Of a stretch of DNA of 64,000 nt, positions 24,420 to 34,597 are shown piece after piece. Made by a program: the position numbers and the translations under genes. The stretch covers positions 4,640,001 to 4,704,000 of the forward strand of contig CM000153.2 in NCBI GenBank assembly GCA_000004695.1, in the 5' to 3' direction. Under the pieces are notes generated by a model. The model had not been told where the DNA came from. It searched no databases and was given only the letters and a program-made list of their open reading frames with translations. Positions within the stretch are counted from its first letter, which is position 1. Each line of letters opens with the position of its first letter. This stretch comes from Dictyostelium discoideum (lineage: Eukaryota).

Positions 24420-25560
24420 TATACAAATTAATAATATCCTTCCTTCTAACCAACCTTCATTGATATATCCGACGATAATACACCGAATGTTCAACAGAAG
24501 GAAGGAATTCAAATCTACCTCAATGTATCCTACGAGGATACATTGCGAGCTCCCAAGGATATTCAAATCTATCTCATTAGAATGAAGGATATTCAAATCT
24601 ACCCCAATGTATCCTATGAGGATACATTGCGAGCCCCCAAGGATATTCAAATCTATCTTCAATGAATCCGATGGATAATATTGGACACTCATTAGAATGA
24701 AGGATATTCAAATCAACCCCAATGTATCCTACGAGGATACATTGCGAGCCCCAAGGATATTCAAATCTATCTTCAAAGTATCCAATTGATAATACCTTGA
24801 AAACTAATTAGAATGAAGGATATTCGCCCCAATCTTCAATGTATCCGATAGGATACATTGAACCCTCTCAAGAAGGATATTCAATCTATCCTCAATGTAT
24901 CCAATTGATAATACCTTGAACACTCATTAGAATGAGGGATATTCAAATAAACCTTCGATGTATCCGATAGGATACATTGAACCCTCACCGAAATGATATT
25001 CAAATCTATCTTCAATATATCCAATGGATAATATATTGAACACTCAGTAGAAGGAAGGATATTCAAATCAACCTTCAATGTATCTGATACATTGAACCCT
25101 TATCAGAAGGATATTCAGTCTATATTCAATGTATCCGATGGATAATACATTGAACACTCAATAGAAGGAAGGATATTCATATCAACCGGTCAGATACATT
25201 GAACACTCATTAGAATGAAGGATATTCAAATCAATCTCCAATGTATGGGATAAATTCATCGGTTAGAAGGAAGGATATTTAATCAACCTTCAATGTATTC
25301 GATCGGATACATTTAACGCTCACTAGAAAGAAGGATATTCAAATCAATATCCAATGCATCCCATCGGCATACAGAACGCTCACTAGAGAAGGATATTCAA
25401 ATCAACCTCCAATGTATTGGATACATTCGTTGATTTGGGTCCTTCTCTAGTGAGCGTTCAATGTATGCCGATGGGATGCACTGAACGCTGATTAGAAGGA
25501 AGGATATTCAAATCAATGCCAATGTATGGAATACATTCATTGGTTAGAAGGAAGGATTTA
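24420..25560. repeat. 1.1-kb satellite-like tandem array of 55-60-bp units (an AB dimer of about 112 bp). Each unit carries the short palindrome CAATGTATCCGAT(A)GGATACATTG and a GGATATTCAAATC motif.
   Basis: By eye there are about 20 successive units. The array ends in a larger inverted repeat (cgctcactagagaagga ... tccttctctagtgagcg, 25378-25458). It sits where other units have the single hairpin. Confidence 0.8.
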
Positions 25561-25954
25561 AAAACAGAAAAAACTAAAAAAAGAAAAGTGAAATTCCATG
25601 TGCCTTGGAGTCAAACAATTTTCCCATTGAAATTCCAGTCAATTACCAAAATGCATTGCTGTTTCAATAAAGAAATTCTCTAAATAAATTTCAATACCAT
25701 TTTAATCCTCTTAATCAAAACAATAGTTTTTTTTTTTTTTTTAAATTAGTCCTTTTAGATTTTATTAAATAAAAAATATTTTTTTAACATCCATTTAATA
25801 ATAATAATTAAACCAAACGTATTTTTCATCATTAATAATAAAAAATGAAAAGACTATTTTTTTTTTTTATTATTATTCATATTAAATAGTATAAAATAAT
25901 AAATAATAATATCTTTTTTTTTTTAATTTTTAACTTTTTATTTTTTATAATTAA

Positions 25955-26450
25955 ATGGTGAACTAATAACATTGCAAATCAATGCAAATGGAAATAATAT
26001 GAAAGTGGTGACCAATGTGGTTATTCAACATTTACATGTAATTCAATAATTAATGCAATTTCTTATTTTAAAAAAATTAAAGTATATAATCAATCCTCAG
26101 AAATTTAAATTTATCAACCATTGAAATTACTTTTAGATGATTGTATATATAAAATTGGTAATCAATAATATTTTTTCAATATAATATTGAAATTTTGCCT
26201 TTAAATCAAAAATCTAAAAATGTAATCATTAATGATTCTTCAATTAATAACAATAATAATAGTATTAAAACATTTATTATAATATCACCTCCTGGTAATG
26301 TGGTTGAATCTTATACAATTTTTTAAACTAGTGGAAATAAATTCAACAATTTCACATTTACAATTGTAACTTCTTTAAATAATTTTTAACATAATTACAT
26401 AATCCATCCAATAGTATTGGTGGGGTTGTATTTGAAATATTTATTTTTTA
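25955..26450 (+). pseudogene. Decayed 5' fragment of the beta-helix surface-protein gene (array unit 4), fused to about 60 bp derived from the antisense strand of the Cys-rich gene at 15553-16260.
   Basis: 26382-26450 (aacataattacataatccatccaatagtattggtggggttgtatttgaaatattta) matches 15870-15935. The upstream part matches 28530-28960 with indels. Confidence 0.55.
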
Positions 26451-26464
26451 CATGTATAAAATTG

Positions 26465-26523
<59 letters not shown>

Positions 26524-26772
26524 CTAGTATGAATTTAAAATAAAAATTAAAAGCAATTAAATTAAAAAATCACTTCTCTCATTTTTTTAAGTTTTGTGTA
26601 AAATATCTCGAGATTTAATCTAATTATTTATTTTTTTTTTTTTTTTTTTTAATTTTTAAATTTTTTTTTTTTTTTTTTTCACCTTTAAATTTGATTTTTT
26701 TTTTTCATTCTCTTTGAATAAGACCTTACTGTTTTAATTTTAATATTTCTTTTTTTCCCATCCACCACGGCA

Positions 26773-27159
26773 ATGTTTTCTCCCGGGGATAGTTTCAATT
26801 TCTATGATGACCCAACTCTTGGTATTAACCTCCAACCTCTCACAACGACGTATGTTGAAGTGGAAGATATAGAGAATGATATCAAGAGAGTATCAAGTAT
26901 GTTCTATGAGGACACTGTTCTTCTTAGTTATAAATTACCCGAGCATTTAAAGAAATCACGTAATTTCTTACAGCCATACCTTGATATTAAACATTCAAAA
27001 TTAAACTATACACAACTAACAAACTCTATTGACTTTGCAAAAGTCTTTGTTAAAGAAGGTATAGCTTGTTTTGGTGATAATGTTGGTATCAATAATTTGT
27101 TAGAAGATATATTGCGTGATATGGATAGGTTAAAGGTATATTATATTGAAATAGTGTAG
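26773..27159 (+). CDS. Small uncharacterised protein (128 aa), family copy 5. The C-terminus is altered and it may be decaying.
   Basis: Paralogous ORF ending ...RLKVYYIEIV instead of KVHYCSDGGIFSSL. Confidence 0.45.
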   Translation: MFSPGDSFNFYDDPTLGINLQPLTTTYVEVEDIENDIKRVSSMFYEDTVLLSYKLPEHLKKSRNFLQPYLDIKHSKLNYTQLTNSIDFAKVFVKEGIACFGDNVGINNLLEDILRDMDRLKVYYIEIV

Positions 27160-27431
27160 CATATTTTCATTTTTATAGTTAACATTATAAAAATGGATTT
27201 ATGCAACAATATTTTAATTTTTATTATTATTTTAATTTTTATATTATTTATTTCATTCTTTTTTTTTCTTCTTTTTTTTCTTTATTTTTTTCTTTTTTTT
27301 GTTTGTACTTCCCACACAACAACAAAAAAAAAAAAAACAAAAACAAAAAAATAACAAAAGATAACCAAACAAAATCAAACAAAATCAAACAAAATCAAAT
27401 AAAATCAAAAACAAAGGTAATAGAAAAAATG

Positions 27432-27468
<37 letters not shown>

Positions 27469-28006
27469 AAATATATAATATATAAATAATAAAAAAAGTT
27501 TATCAAACAATATTAAAAATATACTTCCTTCTAATCAAACTTCAATGTTTGGATACATTGAAGGTTGATCAGAAGGAAGAATATTCAAATCCCAATGTAT
27601 CGGATACATTCCTTGGTTAGAATGAAGGGTTTTCTGTTTATTTTAAAGAAAAGCGAAATTCTGTGGCAATATCGACATCAGGTGCCTTAGAGTCAAACTA
27701 TTTTTTCAATAACATTCCAATCAATTTTCAAAATGCATTCCAGTTTTTCAATCAAGGAAATCCCCTAAAATAAATTTAAATACCATTTTAATACATAAAA
27801 ACTGTAACTTTTTTTTTTTTTTTTTTTTTTTTTAGTTCAATTACTCCTATTTTATTAAAAAATATTTTTTAACTTTCTTTTACCATACCAAATGTATTTT
27901 TCATTTTAAATGTAATGAAAATCATTATTTGAAGAATATATTTTAAAAAATGAAAGGACAAAACTTACCCAGATTTTTTTTTTTTGGATTTTCAAGAAAA
28001 AAAATA

Positions 28007-28037
<31 letters not shown>

Positions 28038-28189
28038 GAGTAAACTTTGTCTTTTTAAATTTTATTAAATAAAAAAATATTTTTTTAACATCTATTTAAA
28101 TAATAATTAAACCAAATTTATTTTTCATCATTAATAATAAAAAATAATTATTATTCAAACAATTTATTTTAAAATAAAATGGAAAGACG

Positions 28190-28410
28190 ATTTTTTTTGA
28201 GGTTTTATAGAAAACCTTCATTTTCTTGAAACACACAATTTTATTTATTTTTATTTTTATATTTTTAAATTTTTTTTTTTTGGGTTTTAAAGAAAAACCA
28301 TCTTTTTCCCAATAACTACAATTTTATTTATTTTTATTTTTATTTTTTTTAATTTTTTTTTTGGATATTTTCTTAAAAACAGACCATTTTGATTTTATTT
28401 TCTATTTTTT
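28190..28410. repeat. Tandem triplication of an about 85-bp AT-rich unit (..gg[gt]tttta[at]agaaaa[ac]c.tc.ttt...caattttatttatttttattttt..).
   Basis: Three successive similar units at 28195-28275, 28282-28360 and 28363-28410, immediately upstream of the full-length surface-protein gene. Confidence 0.5.
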
Positions 28411-28475
28411 TTTTTTTTTTTTTATTTTAATCATTCGATCGAAACATTAAAAAAAAAAAAAAAAAAAATTATAAA

Positions 28476-29993
28476 ATGATAAAATATATTTTTCCATTTT
28501 TTTTAATTTTAACTTTTTATTTTTTAAAATTAAATGGTGAACTAATAACATTGCAAATCAATGCAAATGGAAACAATGTATATAAAAGTGGTGATCAGTG
28601 TGGTAACTCAACATTTACATGTAATTCAATAAATGATGCAATTTCTTATTTTGAAACAATTAAAGTATACAATTAATCATCAGAAATTCAAATTTATCAA
28701 CCATTGAAATTACTTTTAGATGATGGTATTTATAAAATTGAAAATCAATTAATACTTTTTGAATATAATATTGAAATTTCACCTTTAAATCTAAACTCTA
28801 AAAATGTAACCATCGATGGTACCTCAATTTATAACAATAATAATAATAATATTAAAACATTTATTACAATATCACCTCCTACAGGTAATATAGTTGAATC
28901 CTATAAATCCCATAGCATTTTTAAAATTAATGGAATTAATTTCAATAATTTCACATTTACAATAATTTACATTTATAAAACTTATTTAAATGTAGTAGGA
29001 TCATTTGAAAATTGTAATTTTAATAATTTTAAAAGTGAATTTCCAATGTTTTACCTAATTAATAATAATAATAATAACATAATAAGTAATTTATATTATA
29101 ATATAAATTCATCATTTGCTTTAACGAATTGTTCAATGATCAGTAATTCAAATATAGGTTATAATTCATCTATAATTAATAGTAAAAAATTCAGTGTACT
29201 TATTTATCGATCAAAATTCCAATCAATTAATGAATGTAATAATTTTGGTTACTTTTATGATAGTTCTCGATTAACAATTTATAATAGTTCAATAAATAAT
29301 AATAATTGTAAAATAATTTTCAATATAAATAAAATTAATAAGTTAGATGTATTCAATACAAAATTTGAAAATAATAATGGAACAATATTCAATATTAAAT
29401 TTAATTCAAATGAAGGTTTAATTTCAATTAAAAATAGTAGCTTTATCAATAATTATGGTGGTAGTATTATTAATTTAGAATCAAATAATAATATTCCTTT
29501 TGAAAATTTAAAAAAAAATCCACAACTATTTAGAGACTCTACATTTTTTAATAATTCATTCAATGGAAATGGAAGTATAATTAATTCAATTGGTGCTTAT
29601 TTTATTGTTTCTGGTGAATTTGAAAATAATAAAGCATTAAATCACCAAGGTGATTTATTTTATTTACAAGATAGTTATTGTTTAATAGAAGATTCAAAAA
29701 TAAATCAAGTTAATAATTTACCAAGTGGTAAAGGTTCAATAATTTATTTACAAAAATCAGAATTAGAAATATCAAGTGGTAATTTCAAACTAGATGGTTC
29801 ACTTGTTTGTAATTCTTCAAAAATAAAACTTTTACGAAATACAATTGTTTTTAAACCTACTATTGACTGTCAAAATTGTACCTTTAATAACAATAATTAT
29901 TGTGAACTTAATTTTGGAATAAAAAATAAAATATCAATTCTTTTAAATTTAATAATATTATTACTATTATTATTATTATCACTATCAATATAA
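28476..29993 (+). CDS. Secreted/GPI-anchored beta-helix-like surface protein with polymorphic-membrane-protein-type repeats (FxxN and GG[AS]I-like). It is full length but carries an in-frame TAA at 28674-28676, so it is either a pseudogene or N-terminally truncated.
   Basis: ORF 28476..28676 (signal peptide MIKYIFPFFLILTFYFLKLNG...) and ORF 28704..29993 (TTG-initiated in the track) are in the same frame and separated only by the TAA. Repeats include FINNYGGSIIN and FNGNGSIINSIGAYF. The C-terminal tail is hydrophobic ([18 protein letters not shown]). Confidence 0.5.
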
Positions 29994-30085
29994 TTAATAA
30001 AATAAACAAGAAATAAAAAAAAAAATCACTTTTATTTTTAATTTTTAATTTTTAATTTTTATTTTTAATATTTAATTTTTAATTT

Positions 30086-30910
30086 TCAAAGTGATATTAA
30101 TAAAATTAATAATGATACAATTGTTGAAATAATATTAATATTTAAAAAAGAACTAGATGAATCAAAGTCATTTGATGATGATGATGATGATAATGAAGAT
30201 AATTGAGAATCAAAAGAAAATGAAGGAGTTGTATAATTTACAGTTTGATTGATTGGATTTGAATCAGTGAGGAAATTAAACATTTTTAAGGATTTGAAAT
30301 TATCACAATTTGTACTATTTGAAGGATATGTTTGTTTTAAAATACATGATTGCGGTTTACAATCACTTGTTAAACATTCATAAACATTAATTGTCATACC
30401 ATCTTTACCAATACATTCTCTCCTTTGATATCTAATTGTTGTACTATTATTACTATTATCATTTGAAGACGTTTCTAATTTTAATGGATCATTACCAAAA
30501 TTCATTTTAATACATGTATTATTTCTATAAGAATTTATGAAATAATTTTCACAATTAAAATAATTTACTTCATTACAATAGGTATCTATATTTCTTGGAT
30601 TAAACTCTGAATCGTTTATGATATATTGATATGATGTACCATCAGTGTTTAAATAACATTGTTTGGTTTGTACAAATTCTGTTATATCTCGTTCGATTGA
30701 ACATTGATCTTGATTATTAACTTTTGTGATTGCTAATTTACCACCTGCTCCTTTTTGAAAGTATGAATATCTTGAACAATTTGTACTACCAATTGTAAAT
30801 AATAATTCTCCTTTACATAATATATTACTATATTTAATTATATGTACTTCAAATCCAATTATTTTTTTAATTAAAAATATAATAAATATAATTTTTATTA
30901 TTAATTTCAT
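30086..30910 (-). CDS. Secreted Cys-rich protein with Ser-rich stalk and C-terminal hydrophobic (GPI-like) tail. It is a paralog of 15553-16260.
   Basis: A 274-aa ORF with a signal peptide and Cys pattern shared with the 15553-16260 product. Confidence 0.6.
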   Translation of the reverse strand: MKLIIKIIFIIFLIKKIIGFEVHIIKYSNILCKGELLFTIGSTNCSRYSYFQKGAGGKLAITKVNNQDQCSIERDITEFVQTKQCYLNTDGTSYQYIINDSEFNPRNIDTYCNEVNYFNCENYFINSYRNNTCIKMNFGNDPLKLETSSNDNSNNSTTIRYQRRECIGKDGMTINVYECLTSDCKPQSCILKQTYPSNSTNCDNFKSLKMFNFLTDSNPINQTVNYTTPSFSFDSQLSSLSSSSSSNDFDSSSSFLNINIISTIVSLLILLISL

Positions 30911-30954
30911 GTCTTTTTTTTTTTTGATTTAATTTAAATACATTTATTATTTGG

Positions 30955-30987
<33 letters not shown>

Positions 30988-31349
30988 AACACAAAACTGT
31001 ATAGAAAAAAAAAAAAATTTTAAAAATAAAATAAAATAAAAAATCTCAAACTACAATTAACACACATACATACACACAAACCCAACAAAATAAATAAAAA
31101 AAAATAAAAAAATAATTAAAAAAATAATTAAAAAAATAATAAAAAAAAAAAAATAATTAAAAAAAAAATTCAAATCATTTAATTAATTAAAAATAGATAG
31201 CAGAAAAAAAAAAAAAAAATAAAAATAAAAATAATAATAATAATAAAAATATCATTTTCACTCACTTTTTTTTATATATTTAAAACTTTATTTTTTATTT
31301 CCATTGCATTTCATTTAATTTTTTGGAACTATATTGAATTTGATGCTTT

Positions 31350-31393
<44 letters not shown>

Positions 31394-31664
31394 AAAAATA
31401 AAAATAAAAATAAAAATAAAAATAAAACAAAATTAAAAAAAAAAACCAAAATTAAAAATTTTTTTTTTTTTTCGCCCACATATAAGTTTCAATTTGAAAT
31501 TTAAAAGACACCAGTGTCTTCAAAAAAAAAGAGTTAATAGGTTTTTTTTTTTTTTTCAATCTTCTCTTTTATTTATTTTATTTATTTCATTTTTTTTTTT
31601 TTTTTTTTTCATTTTTTTTATAAATTATACATATTCAATTAAATAAGCGCATAAAAAAAAAAAA

Positions 31665-32491
31665 ATGACAATTCTAACCAAACCTCACCAATTACAAAAT
31701 TGTGAAAAATTCCATCCATGGGCAAAAACATGCACATCATCAGCATCACAAATTTGGTTTGCAGTATTCCTTGCAGGTTTAAAACTATACGCACCATTAT
31801 TTTTAGTTCCTGCATTAATATTTAAAAGAAAAAGGTAATAAATTTCATACAAACAACAATAAACAAACAAACAAACAAACAAACAAACAAACAAACAAAC
31901 AAACAAACAAACAAACAAACAAACAAACAAACAAACAAACAAACAAACAAACAAACAAAAAGATATTGAAAGAGAGAAACAATTGGAAATAATAATAATA
32001 ATTATTATTAAAATAATAATTAAATAACATTAATATTAATATGATTTTTTTAATAATAAATTTATTATTTAAAAATTGAAAATAGTATACAATTTTTAGT
32101 ACAAAGAACATTACCAGAAATATTAAGAAGTTCAGTATTTTTAGGAACATATGCAGGTGTATATGCAGGAGCGATTTGTTTAATTAGACGTATTGTAGGT
32201 AGAGATTTAAAATCAATGGCAGCAATTAGTGGTTTCTTTGCAGGTTTATTATCGATTTTAATAGAGAAAAAGAGTAGAAGATCAGAATTGGCTTTATATT
32301 GTTTAAATCAAGCTATTGAAGTAGTTTGGAAAATGGCTGCTGCCAGAAAATTAGTTCCATTATTTAAGAATGGTGAAGTTTTAGTCTATATGATTGCAAG
32401 TTCAATCTTATTGTATTTCTATCAAAATGAACCTGATAGTTTAAGAAGTAATATGAATGGTTTATTAAAATTCTTTATTGGTAAAAATTAA
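31665..32491 (+). CDS. TMEM135 N-terminal-domain homolog (Tim17-like peroxisomal/mitochondrial membrane protein, about 190 aa). Two exons: 31665..31834 and 32086..32491.
   Basis: Exon 1 encodes MTILTKPHQLQNCEKFHPWAKTC...LKLYAPLFLVPALIFKRK. The GTAATA donor is at 31835, the acceptor aaaatag ends at 32085, and phase is 2. Exon 2 encodes ...LPEILRSSVFLGTYAGVYAGAICLIRRIVGRDL...LIEKKSRRSELALYCLNQAIEVVWKMAAARKLVPLFKNGEVLVYMI.... From memory this is collinear with the human TMEM135 N-terminus ([73 protein letters not shown]). Confidence 0.75.
31861..31967. repeat. (AAAC)n / (CAAA)n microsatellite of about 26 units inside the intron of the TMEM135-like gene.
   Basis: Perfect tetranucleotide run visible in the sequence. 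Confidence 0.95.
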
Positions 32492-32736
32492 TAATAATAA
32501 AAGTAGTAATAATAAAATAAATAAAAAAATTTAAAAAATAAAATTTAAAAAAAAAAAAAAAAAAAAAAAGATATACTTTATTATATTCATATATATATAT
32601 ATTGTTAAATTATATAAATATTTAAAACTTAATTTATTTATTTTATTTATTTATTTCTAATGTTAAAATTTTATTATCATTTTTATTAGTATTATTATTT
32701 ACAAGTGGTTTATATTTATATTGGGGGTTAACATTT

Positions 32737-33728
32737 TTAATGTTGGTTATAAAATCTTTTATTTGAAGTGAAACCATTACTATTATTATTATTTTTATTA
32801 TTAAATCTTGTTGGTTGGTCTTCTAAATCAATTATTTCAAGTTCTTGATCAGTATTATTTCCTTTACCATTATGATAGTGATGATGAGTATGATTATGAA
32901 TTGGTACAGCATTTGGTGGTATTGGGAAACCCATTTGTTTATTACTACCACTATTATTAAAAAGTTGATTATTATTATTATGATGATGATTAAAATTTGA
33001 ATTCATACTATTCATTATATGTGTACTTCTTGGTGTATAAAATAATGAGTTACTATTATTACTTTGATCATCATCACCATCACTATTACCATTATTATGA
33101 AAAGTATGAGTTAAATGACTAGCACCACCAGTACTAGCACCAAAACTTGTGGAGTTAAAATTACTCATACCAAAACTTGAATTACCCATACTACCCAAAT
33201 TAAAATTACTTTTATCAAAAATCTTTTTTGAATTATTACTAATATTACTAAAACCTTTACTATTATTAGAAGAGGTTGAATATTTTAATGAACTTCCACT
33301 TGTGTCAACTGTATCATTAAATTCTAATGGTGTTGATGATAAAAATGATGGATTTATATCTTTATAATTTATTGATTGATTCATACTATTATTACTTTGT
33401 TGTTGTTGTTGTTGTTGTTGTTGTTGATAGTATTGATTTTGAGATTGTTGTTGAGATTGTTCATTAAAGTTTATATTTGGCATTGAAGTATTATTTAAAA
33501 ATGGGGATTTTTGATTTTGATTTCTATCGAAATTTACAGATTTGCTAATTTGTTCATTTGTAGTTGTTGGATTTAAATTTAAATTCTTTAAAGGTGAAGA
33601 AATTACTTTATAATTTAAACTTGTAGTAATATTATTATTGTTATTGTTTTGATTCGTACTTGCACTATTATAGAATAATGATGATTGATTATTACCATTA
33701 TTTATAGATGAATTTCTATTACTACTAC

Positions 33729-33777
<49 letters not shown>

Positions 33778-34548
33778 GTTATTATTTTTATTATTATTGT
33801 TATTATTACTACTATTATTACTCTTTAGCATTGATTCATCTAAAAATTGGCTATTGTTGTTTTGATCACCATTTTGGTGTTGTTGAAATTGAAACTCTTG
33901 ATATAAATGATTAATTGGTTGACCATTTTTATCATAAAATATTTCCACTTGAGTTGCTGATTCATTATATATACTACTATTATTATTATTATTATTCTCA
34001 AATATTAAATCACTATTATTACTACTACTTGTATCACCTCTACTATAAATTGAATATTGATTTCTATCTTCATTAAATTCAACTTTTGATTCTCTACCAC
34101 TTAATTTATTTATACTATTATTATAGTTATTATTATTATTATTGATATTGGTGTTATTACTGTCAATACTATTATTATTATTATTAATTTTCTTTGATTT
34201 GGTTGATGAGGAGAATGTTAAATTATTACTATTTATATCATTTTCATCATTTATTTCGTCATTATTATCGCCATCATCATCATCAATAAATAAAGTACTA
34301 TTATGTGTATTGTTATTATTATTACTACTACTATCGTTTCTATTTATATCCCCACCATCATTATTGTTATTATTATTACCGTTATTTATATTTTTATTAT
34401 TATTATTATTATTTTCAGAAGAGGTACTACTTGTGAAAAATGCAAATTTTGAAGGTGTATTCTTTAAAGAAGAACGTAGTTGTTTTGATGAGGATGTGGA
34501 AATAGAATTTTGATGATTTTTATGAATTGGTGTAATTGTTGAAAATGG

Positions 34549-34597
<49 letters not shown>

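Larger units (their letters stand above)
16300..28470. repeat. Roughly 12-kb tandem segmental array of five units of about 2.4 kb. Unit order is GT-rich block A, block B, small-ORF gene, (CAAAAT)n, hairpin element plus block C, block D, then a decayed 5' fragment of the beta-helix surface-protein gene.
   Basis: The same sequence blocks recur with period about 2416 bp. Block A is at 16437, 18945, 21468 and 23205. Block B is at 16780, 19195, 23500 and 26560. The small ORF is at 17116, 19532, 22033, 23746 and 26773. Hairpin plus block C is at 17851, 20296, 22620(partial), 25430 and 27512. Surface-gene 5' fragments are at 18460, 20925, 22950 and 25955, and the full gene is at 28476. Confidence 0.85.

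Noticed and set aside
24414-25078. Minus-strand ORFs 24414-24692 and 24881-25078 with internally repetitive peptides.
   Set aside because: They are generated by the 55-60-bp tandem satellite. The periodic peptide repeats mirror the DNA repeat and do not indicate coding.
24420-25560. Possible CRISPR array (short palindromic repeats, regularly spaced).
   Set aside because: The genome is eukaryotic. The units are contiguous related copies without unique spacers, and there are no cas genes, so it is a satellite or hairpin amplification.
28665-28719. Candidate intron (GTATAC...TTTTAG) that would remove the in-frame TAA of the surface-protein gene.
   Set aside because: Its length is 55 nt, which is not 3n, while the flanking ORFs are already co-linear in one frame. 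Every frame-preserving GT/AG combination in the interval was tested by hand and none exists.
31484-31502. Perfect 7-bp-stem hairpin AAGACAC-CA-GTGTCTT followed by an A-run, about 170 bp upstream of the TMEM135-like start.
   Set aside because: It is too short to stand out in an AT-rich genome and has no recurrence elsewhere in the window.
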